From assembly GCA_035527235.1 (NCBI GenBank), contig DATLAV010000205.1:1-36959 (forward strand): a stretch of 36,959 nt of DNA. The letters run 5' to 3'. Positions within the stretch are counted from its first letter, which is position 1. Every line of letters begins with the position of its first letter. Made by a program: the position numbers and the translations under genes. The notes under the pieces are model-generated. The model saw only the letters and a list, made by a program, of their open reading frames with translations, was not told the DNA's origin and did not search any database. This document shows positions 16,860-25,923 of the stretch, one piece after another. The stretch is from Patescibacteria group bacterium. GTDB lineage: Archaea > Thermoproteota > Bathyarchaeia > TCS64.

Positions 16860-18587
16860 TCAGGAGAGGACGAGCCTCTTCCTGTCTATGCCGGCCCTCG
16901 GGCAGCGGACCTCGATGGTGACCTCGGCCGGCTTCTCCGCCTTCACCACCCACTCGACGTTCCGCTTGGTCCTGTCGATGACGTCGCCTCCAACGACCCG
17001 GGGCTTCAGCAACTTCGCGGACCGCCCGTCCAAGTGGCCCATGTTCACCTTCTCGTGGCCCATGATGAGCTCGACGCCATCGGGCATCTTGAGCGCCGCG
17101 ACGACGGGCTTGGAGACCTTGACCTTCACCCCCTGCTGGGTGACGTTAGTCGACATGAACCCCGTGTTCTGCACCCTCGCATCGACCTTGTAGACGGTCT
17201 CCGCTACCTTCGACACCGTCGCGTCCGCTATCGTCAGCCTCGGCAGCATCGCTGCGTGGCGGAGGGCGAACATCATGCACTTGTCCGCCTCCTCCTCGAG
17301 CCACCTGCCCGGGGGGGCGTTCCGCCTAGTGTACTTTGTGTTGATGCCCCCGATCTCCACGGGCCCCAGCTGGGGGTGCTCGTGCTCGTGCCAGTCGACG
17401 AAGCCCTCCGGGTAGTTGCCGTCGATCCACTTGAGCTCCCTGAGCTGCTCCTCCTCGCTGAGGTCGCTGTAGCTGAAGTCGACGCCGCCCCTCTCCAAAA
17501 AGCCCCCGTAGCCTAGCAGCCTCGGCCAGTCCCAGAGCTCGACGCTGAAGACGAAGGCCCCCAGGTGCTCGTAGAAGAAGCTGGTGGCGCAGCCCCTGCG
17601 GAAGGGGCGGTCGTCCTCGAAGGTGAAGTCGTCGTAGATGCCGATAGCCGGGTAACCGGTCTGCTCCTTTCCAATGTCGGCGAGGACCTTGTAGACGGCG
17701 ATGTCTGCCTCTAGGCCCTGGTCGATGAACCAGCTGTCGGGGCGGGTGGCGCTCTCCCTGAGGATGAGGCCGCCGCTGGTATGGAACGTGTGGATGCCGC
17801 TCAGGTTGGGGTGGTCGGCCCAGAAGTCGGCGATGGCCCGGGGCTCCCTCTCCCAGAGGGGGAAGAGCCCGGCTCCGCCTAGTGGGAGGCCTCCGGGGAC
17901 CCAGTAGGCGGGGTAGTTGCGGTTGGTTCCCCCTATGTACCGCTTGGGGGCCATGGTGATCTCCTTCCCGGGCTTGTACTTGAGGAACTTACCCTCCCTG
18001 AGGACCCTGTAGAAGGGTTCGTCATCATCCGCATCCTCGGGCGCCCTCTTGAGCATCAGGCGCGGGTCCTTCCCTGAGACCTTCCAGTCCCCAGCCGGGT
18101 TCACGATACGCATATAGACGATGGCGCCGTCCCCGTCGACGTCCTCCTCGTAGTGCCCCTCCCCGTCCGGGAAGTCGGGGTTGGGTATGCCACCCCCCGT
18201 GCGGTGGTAGGGCTGGGTCAGGAAGATCTCCGCCCCGTCGGGGTTGACCCTCGGCAGGATGTATATCGCCGTACTGTCCAGGAGGTCTGTGACGAACTCG
18301 TCCTTCCCGTAGTTCTCCAGGAGGTATCCCACAGTGTAGAGGCAGACAGCTGAGCCCGTCACCTCCCCCGAGTGGGTGTTGCCGTCTATCCAGAGGCCTG
18401 GCTTCTCGTCGGCTGACCCTGTCTCCTTGTTGGTGATCTCCATGGTCCACAGGTCCCGGCCCTGTAGGGACTTCCCGATGGAGTAGAGCTCGGAGAGCCC
18501 CGGATAGGCCTCAGTGAGGCGCCTCATGGCGTCGTAGAGCTCACCATGGGTCCTGTAGGCACCATAGTCGATGTCTAGATCTGACAT
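16860..18587 (-). CDS. M14 family zinc carboxypeptidase with a C-terminal extension
   Basis: The N-terminal domain reads YRTHGELYDAMRRLTEAYPGLSELYSIGKSLQGRDLW and WIDGNTHSGE (HxxE zinc motif), then ILPRVNPDG. The start is set at ATG 18587 (MSDLDIDY); the 31 upstream codons look non-coding. Confidence 0.85.
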   Translation of the reverse strand: MSDLDIDYGAYRTHGELYDAMRRLTEAYPGLSELYSIGKSLQGRDLWTMEITNKETGSADEKPGLWIDGNTHSGEVTGSAVCLYTVGYLLENYGKDEFVTDLLDSTAIYILPRVNPDGAEIFLTQPYHRTGGGIPNPDFPDGEGHYEEDVDGDGAIVYMRIVNPAGDWKVSGKDPRLMLKRAPEDADDDEPFYRVLREGKFLKYKPGKEITMAPKRYIGGTNRNYPAYWVPGGLPLGGAGLFPLWEREPRAIADFWADHPNLSGIHTFHTSGGLILRESATRPDSWFIDQGLEADIAVYKVLADIGKEQTGYPAIGIYDDFTFEDDRPFRRGCATSFFYEHLGAFVFSVELWDWPRLLGYGGFLERGGVDFSYSDLSEEEQLRELKWIDGNYPEGFVDWHEHEHPQLGPVEIGGINTKYTRRNAPPGRWLEEEADKCMMFALRHAAMLPRLTIADATVSKVAETVYKVDARVQNTGFMSTNVTQQGVKVKVSKPVVAALKMPDGVELIMGHEKVNMGHLDGRSAKLLKPRVVGGDVIDRTKRNVEWVVKAEKPAEVTIEVRCPRAGIDRKRLVLS

Positions 18588-18866
18588 TGATTCTCTCGTA
18601 ACTGGTTGTAGGATGTGGATTAAAACGTGTGAGGTGCAACAACCCCGTCTAAGGGCCCTTTGGACCCTTGAGTCGTGCAAGCATCTTGCTGATGTCGAAT
18701 GTATTCATTGTTTCACGGAGCATGATGTTTGCATTCCCTACGCAGATCCTCGCGAATATGATCGAACTGTTAGTAGTAGAATATGGTATATACTGGAATA
18801 TATGTAAATAGTATTAATTTATACATACAGACGAAAAGAAATTATCGGGATACTTCTGGTGAAATT

Positions 18867-19427
18867 ATGATAGAGGTCAGATTTCACGGAAGGGGTGGAC
18901 AGGGCGCCGTAACCGCTGGGGAGTTGATGGTCAACGCCGTCAATCTCGAGGGTAAGTGGGCCCAGTCCTTTCCCTTTTTCGGTGGTGAGAGAAGAGGAGC
19001 CCCCGTAATGGCTTTTCTTCGAATAGATGATCAGAGAATATGGCTGCACCAGCAGATCTATGAGCCTGACTGCTGCGTCGTACTGGACCACGGACTCGTA
19101 GTCTCAATTCCCTGGGCTGATGGGCTCAAGGAGGGGGGGATAGCCGTCCTGAACTGGCCGGGCTCACTAGACGACCTTGAGCTGCCCTCCAACCTATCCA
19201 AGATCGGCGTAGTTGACGCCATAACAGTCTCCAGCAAGGCGTTCGGTAAAAGAGCGTTCCCGATCACGAACACAACGATGCTCGGAGCTCTTGCGAAGAC
19301 CACCGGATGGGTGGAGATAAGCAGCCTCGTTGAGACGGTGAAGGAAAAGTGGAGCGGCAACATCGCGGAAGCCAACATAACGGCCATCAAGGAAGCCTAT
19401 GCCACCACGAAGGTGCATGAGGTCTGA
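18867..19427 (+). CDS. porG: 2-oxoacid (pyruvate/ketoisovalerate-type):ferredoxin oxidoreductase, gamma subunit
   Basis: The product reads MIEVRFHGRGGQGAVTAGELM....FPFFGGERRGAP. It is the first gene of a gamma-delta-alpha/beta operon. The start is ATG 18867, preceded by GGTGA. Confidence 0.88.
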   Translation: MIEVRFHGRGGQGAVTAGELMVNAVNLEGKWAQSFPFFGGERRGAPVMAFLRIDDQRIWLHQQIYEPDCCVVLDHGLVVSIPWADGLKEGGIAVLNWPGSLDDLELPSNLSKIGVVDAITVSSKAFGKRAFPITNTTMLGALAKTTGWVEISSLVETVKEKWSGNIAEANITAIKEAYATTKVHEV

Positions 19428-19429
19428 AC

Positions 19430-19729
19430 ATGAAGGAGAAGGAGATAAGTCTTGAACTGGTGCCGGGCGGCTGGGTCAGCACGCCGAGACCGGCGCAGAA
19501 GACGGGTACCTGGAGGACGTTGAGGCCGGTCGTCGACGTGGAGAAGTGCATAGGCTGCGGCATATGCGAGAGCTTCTGCCCTGAGGCCACCATCAAGGTG
19601 ATTGATGGAAAGGCTGAGGTGGACTACGAGTACTGCAAGGGCTGCGGCGTCTGTGCCAACGAGTGCCCCTCCCAGGCCATAACCATGGAGCTTGAGGTCG
19701 AAGAAGAGTTGGAAGGAGGTGGCTCCTGA
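19430..19729 (+). CDS. porD: 2-oxoacid:ferredoxin oxidoreductase, delta subunit (2x[4Fe-4S] ferredoxin)
   Basis: It has two CxxCxxCxxxCP motifs (CIGCGICESFCP and CKGCGVCANECP) and lies 2 nt after porG. Confidence 0.88.
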   Translation: MKEKEISLELVPGGWVSTPRPAQKTGTWRTLRPVVDVEKCIGCGICESFCPEATIKVIDGKAEVDYEYCKGCGVCANECPSQAITMELEVEEELEGGGS

Positions 19730-21828
19730 TGGCAAGGAAGGCCATGACAGGCAACAAGGCGTTCGCACACGGCGTGCGACTCTCCAGAGTCCAAGTCATA
19801 TGCTCATATCCCATCACTCCCCAGACGACTCTCGTGGAGTACCTAGCCGATTTCGTCAACGACGGCGACCTAGACGCCGAGTACATCAGGTCGGAGGGTG
19901 AGCACGGGATGATGGCGCAGGCGATCGGGGCAGCCCAGACGGGCGCAAGGACGTTCACATCGACGTGCTCAGCCGGCTTCGCGTATGGATTCCAGGGGAT
20001 CGTATCCGTGCCGGGGCTCCGACTTGGGAACCTGATGCTCGCCAACATCAACCGCCCTCTCGGGGCCCCTGGGGGCCTGCAGGCAGACCACTCCGATGGG
20101 CTGACCGCCCGTGACTGGGGATGGGTGTATCTCTACGGGGAGCACCATCAGGAAGTCCTCGACACAGCAATCCAAGCCTACAGGATAGGCGAGGATCACA
20201 GGGTGCTCCTGCCCACCATGGTGGGCGCGGAGGGGTACTACATCTCGTACACTACGGACCTCGTCGAGCTCCCCGAGCAGGAGCAGGTGGACGAATTCCT
20301 CCCGCCTTTCGACCCGGTGGGAGTTATCGACGCCGACAACCCCATGTCTCCTACGGTCTTCGGAACTACAGAACAGATGATGGGCATGAAGTACTCGGTC
20401 CACCAGGCCTCTCTCAGGGCCAAGGAGATAATCAAAGAGGTGAACGTGGAGTTCGGGGAGACCTTCGGGAGGACATACGGCAACGGACTCATCGAGGAGT
20501 ACAAGGTTGAGGGCGCGGACGTCGTCCTCGTGACCATGGGGAGCTTCACGGGCAACGCGAGGAAGGCGGTGGACGACCTTAGGAAGGACGGGAAGAAGGT
20601 GGGACTCGTCAAGCTCAGGTCCTTCAGGCCCTTCCCGACGGAAGACTTCCAACGCATAGCCGAGGACACAAGTGCGTTCGTCGTCGTCTCAAGGCACGAC
20701 TCTGCCGGAGGAGCCGGCGCTCCCGTCGGATACGACGTGAAGTCGGCCCTCTACAACATGGCCGAGAGACCCTTCATCCAGGACGTCGTCTCAGGCATCT
20801 GCGGCGTCGAGATAAGTTCGGACGACTTCGCAATTCTGGCTGAGAGGGGGCTCAAGGCAGTTGAGCGCGACGGGTTCGAGGAGGACCTAGTCTGGTACCC
20901 CAACATGAGAATAACGGAGCGCTTCACCGTCCCACCAATGCCAGAGGAAGTCAAGAAGAGCTTTGTATACCCCGGAACGGGGGCCTGTCAGGGATGCGGG
21001 ATGACCCTTATCTGGAAAACGGTAATGGAGGCCGCAGGCAGGGATAGCGTTTACGTGAGCACTTCCGGATGTGGAGGGTGGAGCGGCCCCCACACGATGT
21101 GCATTGGGACAGGCGGCTCTGGTGGCAACCTACCCGGTGGAGCGGCGACAGCGGTAGGCATAAAGCGAGGGCTTGTGAAACTAGGCAAGACGAGCACGAA
21201 TGTGATCCTCGGCAGCGGTGACGGCAGCTTCGGGGATATGGGTTTCATGGCGGCCTCTGGGGCGGCAGAGAGGAACGAGGACATACTCATGTTCGTATAC
21301 GACAACCAGGCCTACATGAACACAGGGATGCAGAGGAGCGGTGCAACGCCCCACCTGGCATGGACCACAACGACGCCTGTGGGAAAAGTAGTGAGGGGAA
21401 AGCAGGCGCCCACGAAACCCCTTCCGCTGATAATGGCGGCCCACGGCATACCCTATGTGGCTACTGCCAGCGCGGCCTACATCCCCGACCTAAAGAGGAA
21501 GATCAAGAAGGCCCTCTCGATCAAGGGGTGCAAGTACGTCCATATATACAGCCCCTGCCCCACGGGGCACAGGTACCCGCCGGAGAAGGCCATCGAGGTC
21601 TCAAGGCTGGCCGTCCAGAGTGGGATGTGGCCCCTGTACGAAGTCGAGAACGGAGCGTACAGGATAACGGTCAGGCCGAAAGAGCTCAGACCCGTCTCGG
21701 AGTACCTCGGAGCTCAGGGGAGGTTCCGACACCTCACGGAGGACGAACTGGAGAAACTACAGGAGACGACACAGGAAGAGTACCACCGCCTGGAGCTTCT
21801 CGAGAAGATCACGAACGAGAATCTCTAG
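19729..21828 (+). CDS. 2-oxoacid:ferredoxin oxidoreductase, fused alpha-beta subunit
   Basis: The N-terminal ~395 aa are alpha-like (GNKAFAHG...CSYPITPQT...SEGEHGMMAQAIGAAQTGAR). The C-terminal ~300 aa are beta/TPP-binding (GACQGCG, GSGDGSFGDMGF, YDNQAYMNTGMQ). The start overlaps the porD stop as TGATG. Confidence 0.85.
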   Translation: MARKAMTGNKAFAHGVRLSRVQVICSYPITPQTTLVEYLADFVNDGDLDAEYIRSEGEHGMMAQAIGAAQTGARTFTSTCSAGFAYGFQGIVSVPGLRLGNLMLANINRPLGAPGGLQADHSDGLTARDWGWVYLYGEHHQEVLDTAIQAYRIGEDHRVLLPTMVGAEGYYISYTTDLVELPEQEQVDEFLPPFDPVGVIDADNPMSPTVFGTTEQMMGMKYSVHQASLRAKEIIKEVNVEFGETFGRTYGNGLIEEYKVEGADVVLVTMGSFTGNARKAVDDLRKDGKKVGLVKLRSFRPFPTEDFQRIAEDTSAFVVVSRHDSAGGAGAPVGYDVKSALYNMAERPFIQDVVSGICGVEISSDDFAILAERGLKAVERDGFEEDLVWYPNMRITERFTVPPMPEEVKKSFVYPGTGACQGCGMTLIWKTVMEAAGRDSVYVSTSGCGGWSGPHTMCIGTGGSGGNLPGGAATAVGIKRGLVKLGKTSTNVILGSGDGSFGDMGFMAASGAAERNEDILMFVYDNQAYMNTGMQRSGATPHLAWTTTTPVGKVVRGKQAPTKPLPLIMAAHGIPYVATASAAYIPDLKRKIKKALSIKGCKYVHIYSPCPTGHRYPPEKAIEVSRLAVQSGMWPLYEVENGAYRITVRPKELRPVSEYLGAQGRFRHLTEDELEKLQETTQEEYHRLELLEKITNENL

Positions 21829-21872
21829 AATATTCCCCTTTTTATATGAAGTTTCTCAGGATTGACCAGGCT

Positions 21873-22034
21873 TTAAGGTCCCTTGAAGCCGCAGGCGGGG
21901 CAGCTGTACTCCCTTCCGAAGAGGCGGCAGCGCTCGCAGCGCCAGATGGTGACGGCTCCGCAGCTGGGGCACTGGAACTTGACCGACCTCTCCCCCGGCG
22001 TGATCCTTTTACCGCACGAGATGCATGATGGCAT
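21873..22034 (-). CDS. DUF1610/COG2888-type zinc-ribbon protein (53 aa)
   Basis: It falls below the ORF-track size cutoff. Hand translation gives MPSCISCGKRITPGERSVKFQCPSCGAVTIWRCERCRLFGREYSCPACGFKGP, with four CxxC pairs and the typical archaeal small zinc-finger protein pattern. Confidence 0.75.
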   Translation of the reverse strand: MPSCISCGKRITPGERSVKFQCPSCGAVTIWRCERCRLFGREYSCPACGFKGP

Positions 22035-22264
22035 TACGCTCAGTCCACTATCAAGCCGACGGCTGTTCTATTTAAATGTTAAAGAACGGGGAGTCCAGCC
22101 GAGTTAACCTTCATGGGGCTATCATTACACTGTAGGAGGTTCCCCAGCGGGTCCCGACGACTCTGACATTGAACCGCAGGTTCATTATACCTGCTGGCGC
22201 CCGCCGATCCTACTGCAACCGTGAAGGAGTGCTGCATCCTTCTCTCGGAATCCCAAAGGTCGAT

Positions 22265-22939
22265 CTACTCCATCTTGGATAGAGTGAGGACCGAGCTGTC
22301 CGACTCTACCCAGAACGACGGGGGCCAGGGGATGTCATAGTCGGGCCTCCCGTCGAGGGTCACCTTCACGTGAAGGGACTCGTCCCTCGACACCCGGGGA
22401 GCCTCGGACTCCACGGTGATGAATAGGGACAACAGGGCAGGCATGGGACGATCCTCCCTGAGGAAGATCACCTCGCCGGTACGAGCGTCGACGATGTACT
22501 CGCCGTAGTTGCAGCCGTGCTTGGTGCATCTCGAGCTGTACTCAACGTACCAGTAGTATCGTAACACTCCCACGGGCGTCGTCGAGACGTAGATGCGTTC
22601 GTAGTCACCGAGCTCAGAGAGGAGCCGTTCCCAGTTGACCATCATGAGCTTCAGTTCGGCGGTTGACACGGCGTCCCTGTGGACGATGCCCTCCCGGGGG
22701 TCCACCATCGTGCTGCCCTCTATGAGTTGGAGCACGTCCTCCCTGCTCAGGATGGTCTCCGGCTCAACCTCGTATCTCACGGTCTCCATCAGTGAGCCTT
22801 CGAGGTAGAGGACTGCCAGCCCTCCCACCGTGAAGGAGGCGAGGAGGAGGCCGAGCAGGATGAAGGAACGTCTGTAGGCACTCACGGAGTTTAAGCACTC
22901 ATCTGTTAAAATAAACCTATACTTTAGAACGGTGTTCAA
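22265..22939 (-). CDS. Membrane-anchored hypothetical protein, possibly with a PepSY-like domain
   Basis: It has one N-terminal TM segment (FILLGLLLASFTVGGLAVLYL). The segment YWYVEY....GEYIVDARTGEVIF is reminiscent of PepSY-type domains. Function unknown. Confidence 0.55.
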   Translation of the reverse strand: MNTVLKYRFILTDECLNSVSAYRRSFILLGLLLASFTVGGLAVLYLEGSLMETVRYEVEPETILSREDVLQLIEGSTMVDPREGIVHRDAVSTAELKLMMVNWERLLSELGDYERIYVSTTPVGVLRYYWYVEYSSRCTKHGCNYGEYIVDARTGEVIFLREDRPMPALLSLFITVESEAPRVSRDESLHVKVTLDGRPDYDIPWPPSFWVESDSSVLTLSKME

Positions 22940-22960
22940 AGCCGATGAGATCTCCCTGGA

Positions 22961-24157
22961 TCATGGGAAGAGGGCTACGAGCTCCCTGTACAGCATGGTG
23001 CCGAGGCTGCGAGCCACGACGCCCACCAGCTGCGGGTCGGTGAGGGCCGCCCGGAGAACTCTGCTCTGCATGTCCATGTCACCTCCCTCGACGAGGTGCT
23101 TGAGCCTCTCCTCGAGGCCAGCGTCTCCGACGGAGGCGAAGAGCCTGTCCAGCCGGTCGTCCGAGATCCGGTTGGCGAAGCGCCTCGCCCTCAGCATCGC
23201 GTTGAACTCGGATTCTAGCTCCTTTCTCCACCTGGCCTCGTATCTCCCAAGGACCACGGAGGACGCGTCGCCCGCCTCCAGGGCCTCGACGGCGGTCTCA
23301 GCCGCCATCCGGGCGCAGATGCCTCCCATGATGACGCCCCCGCCCGTCGTGGGCTTCACCTGCCCCGCCACGTCCCCTACCAGGAGCAGCCCCTCCCCGA
23401 ACGTCCTCTCGACGGGCCCCCCGGTTAGGACGGGCCAGACCTTCGGGTCAGGGGGCTCGACTTCGCCGAATCGTCGCCTTAGGAATCCCCTGAGTCTCTC
23501 GGCGGGGTCGCCCCCCGAGTAGGCCAGGCCGCATCTCAGGCTGGAATCTCCTGTCGGCACGGTCCAGGCGAAGAGCCCTGAAGCGAAGCCTCCCATCCAC
23601 ACCTCGACCATGTTGGTCTCGACTTCCACCTCGGAGATCCCCACGTTGACGCCGGCCAGGACGCCGTCCCTCAGCGTCTGAAATCCTAACTGGCGGGCCA
23701 GTGTTCCGGATACTCCCTCGCAGTCTATGACCACTTGAGCTTCTTCGGCGCCAGAGGGTCCTTGAACGCCCTGGACACGCCCGCCTTTGACCGTCAGCCC
23801 CGTGACCCGGCAGCCGGTCCTTATCTCCGCCCCGGCGTCCAGCGCGGAGTCGGCGAGGCCCCTGTCGAAGGCGGCCCGGTCGACGATGTAGGCCCGGGTC
23901 CTGTCGCCCTTGATCCTGAGTGGTGTCCCGTTGGGTGAGTAAGCCGTGCCCCCTCTGACCTCATGCTGTAAGAACTCTGGTGAGGGCTCGACATCCAATC
24001 GTTCGAGGCCTTCGACGCTGAGGATGCCGGCGCAGTGGTTGGGCTCACCTATGGCGGTGTGTTCCTCGTAGACTGTGACACTAACGCCGAGGCGTGCGAG
24101 GTCCCTGGCGGCGATGAGGCCGGAGGGCCCGGCGCCGACTATGGCGACCTCGACCAA
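22961..24157 (-). CDS. Geranylgeranyl reductase family FAD-dependent oxidoreductase (archaeal lipid saturation type)
   Basis: The product reads MVEVAIVGAGPSGLIAARDLARLG, then NHCAGILS, and LLLVGDVAGQVKPTTGGGV. Confidence 0.85.
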   Translation of the reverse strand: MVEVAIVGAGPSGLIAARDLARLGVSVTVYEEHTAIGEPNHCAGILSVEGLERLDVEPSPEFLQHEVRGGTAYSPNGTPLRIKGDRTRAYIVDRAAFDRGLADSALDAGAEIRTGCRVTGLTVKGGRVQGVQGPSGAEEAQVVIDCEGVSGTLARQLGFQTLRDGVLAGVNVGISEVEVETNMVEVWMGGFASGLFAWTVPTGDSSLRCGLAYSGGDPAERLRGFLRRRFGEVEPPDPKVWPVLTGGPVERTFGEGLLLVGDVAGQVKPTTGGGVIMGGICARMAAETAVEALEAGDASSVVLGRYEARWRKELESEFNAMLRARRFANRISDDRLDRLFASVGDAGLEERLKHLVEGGDMDMQSRVLRAALTDPQLVGVVARSLGTMLYRELVALFP

Positions 24158-24167
24158 GGTGCTCCTC

Positions 24168-25034
24168 TCAGGTCCGCTTTATGACCTCGGTGTACTCGAT
24201 CTCGTCGACGTCCTCGAAGTATTTTTGGATGTCCAGGGCGACGCCCCGCTTGGCGATCTGTATGTTCTCGCCGAAGAATATCTCGTCGGGGATCTCGATC
24301 TTTACCTTCTTCTTTGTCTTCTTGATCTTGAAGAGCTCCAGGTCGATGCCGAGGAACCTGCGCCCTATGAGAGCCCTGATCTTCTCATCGTCGTCGTCGT
24401 AGCGCTTGGTCGCCTTGACCTCGTAGATGATCTTCCGCCCGGCCAGGGGGTGGTTGTAGTCGAGTTGGACGCGGCCTGCCCCGACGCTGCGGACTACAGC
24501 AGTCCTGCCCTCCATCTCCACCTGCTGCCCGACAATGGGGTTGACGCCTTTGCTGCGGAGCATCCTGAACGGAATCATCCTGACGTTCTCGGGAGCCCGG
24601 AGGCCGAACGCCTCCTCAGGAGGGATCTCGACCTCGGCCTTCTCGTCTATCTTCAGGCCCTCAAGGCGCTCATCGAGACCCTTGAGAACCAAGCCGTCAC
24701 CGACTACGACCAGCCTCGGCCCGTAGGTCCTGTCATCGCTGTAGATGTTCTGCTCCTTGGCCAGCTCCTCGTCGGTGGTGTCGAAGACCTCGTTTGTCTC
24801 GACGGCTTTGCCTGTGAGCTCAACGAGGAGGAAGTCTCCGTTCGCGACGGTAACCTCCTTGGGCTCCTCCTTCTTGGTCGCCTTCTTAGTGGTCTTCTCC
24901 TTGGGGGCTTTCGCTTTAGCCTTCGTCGTTTTCTTGGTCGTCTTCTTGGGGGCTTCCACTTTAGCCTTCTTCGTAGTCTTGGGCTTCTCTTCGAGTGCCT
25001 TCTCCTCGGGCGTCTTCTTCTCCTCCGCGCTCAT
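24168..25034 (-). CDS. Long-type FKBP peptidyl-prolyl isomerase (SlyD-like with IF flap and C-terminal domain) carrying a lysine-rich N-terminal extension
   Basis: The core reads VFDTTDEELAKEQNIY, GDGLVLKGLDERLEGLK, PPEEAFG.R and LDYNHPLAGRKIIYEVK. The first ~62 aa are a K/T/A/E/P low-complexity tail. Confidence 0.85.
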   Translation of the reverse strand: MSAEEKKTPEEKALEEKPKTTKKAKVEAPKKTTKKTTKAKAKAPKEKTTKKATKKEEPKEVTVANGDFLLVELTGKAVETNEVFDTTDEELAKEQNIYSDDRTYGPRLVVVGDGLVLKGLDERLEGLKIDEKAEVEIPPEEAFGLRAPENVRMIPFRMLRSKGVNPIVGQQVEMEGRTAVVRSVGAGRVQLDYNHPLAGRKIIYEVKATKRYDDDDEKIRALIGRRFLGIDLELFKIKKTKKKVKIEIPDEIFFGENIQIAKRGVALDIQKYFEDVDEIEYTEVIKRT

Positions 25035-25156
25035 GTCCTAAACCTTCAAATTGACTCTGATGATGGAAACTCGATCCAAGATAAATCTTGGGTCCCAACT
25101 TGAGAAGACAGGCGGCAGTTTAAAGTCTTTCTGTGATCAGAGGAGCTGGTTGTACA

Positions 25157-25579
25157 TCACGGGATCACGGGGTATCCGGCTTTCTGCCAAGCTATTATGC
25201 CGCTCGGCATGTGGTAGATCTTCGTGTATTCATTCTCCAGCATGGTTGCGATGACCATGGAGCTGCGGCTGCCGCTTGTGCAGTAGACAAGGAACTCGTC
25301 TTCGGGATCCATCTCGCTGAGGCGTGAATCAATTTCGCTGAGCGGCATGTTAATCGCCCCCTCAATGTGCTGCTGCGCGTACTCGGACTCGGTCCGGACG
25401 TCGAGGATGATCATCCTGGGCTTCTGAACTATCAGCTGCTTCGCCTGCTCCACGGTGACATCGTTGTACTCGAGGTGCGGTCTCTGGAGGATGAGGTAGA
25501 AGATAGCAAGCGCTGAGAGCACCGCGATGAGGACCACGAGCGTGTGCTTGTTTCCTTCGTCCATGACGGCTGGTATCAT
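25157..25579 (-). CDS. Rhodanese-domain sulfurtransferase with an N-terminal TM anchor
   Basis: The TM segment is LVVLIAVLSALAIFYLIL. The rhodanese core reads ILDVRTESEY..HIEGAINMP, with the active-site loop YCTSGSRS. Confidence 0.8.
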   Translation of the reverse strand: MIPAVMDEGNKHTLVVLIAVLSALAIFYLILQRPHLEYNDVTVEQAKQLIVQKPRMIILDVRTESEYAQQHIEGAINMPLSEIDSRLSEMDPEDEFLVYCTSGSRSSMVIATMLENEYTKIYHMPSGIIAWQKAGYPVIP

Positions 25580-25923
25580 AGCTGAGGTATTTTATGAGCT
25601 TACCGAGGGCGTGTGCCCCGAGGACATCAATCATTCGATTTTAACCCTGATTTCATCGATGAGCCTCCTCTTCAAGGCCTACATGGGCATTGAGGGCACA
25701 GTAAGCCTCATCGTCACGCGCCTTGAGTGATGAGACATGGAAAGAATGAGCCCTCTGAGCCAGCTGACGAGCAGCCGAGCGGCGGCATCCCTAGCTTCAT
25801 GTATGAACAGATGGCGTTCCGGCTCCTAGCAGCCCCCCCTCCCCCAACTGCATGCCAGGCGTGTCAAGGGCTAACTACACCATATTTTTTTAAAGCGCCT
25901 GACCCAATCGAAGTGGATCCACG

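Noticed and set aside
24880-25000. Tandem DNA repeats that could be mistaken for a CRISPR or satellite array
   Set aside because: They lie inside the FKBP coding sequence, encode the lysine-rich tail, are imperfect and lack spacer structure. No CRISPR-like repeat-spacer array was seen anywhere in the window.
24075-25103. A 342-aa plus-strand ORF (and 24745..25041+)
   Set aside because: It is the antisense shadow of the FKBP gene, and its L/D/G repeats mirror the K/E-rich coding strand.
25580-25923. Small ORFs 25527..25730+ and 25727..25927+ in the rhodanese/dppA intergenic region
   Set aside because: They are short, carry no family motifs and have mixed codon bias, and they overlap the neighbouring gene starts. 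I treat the region as a divergent promoter region, although a micro-protein cannot be excluded.
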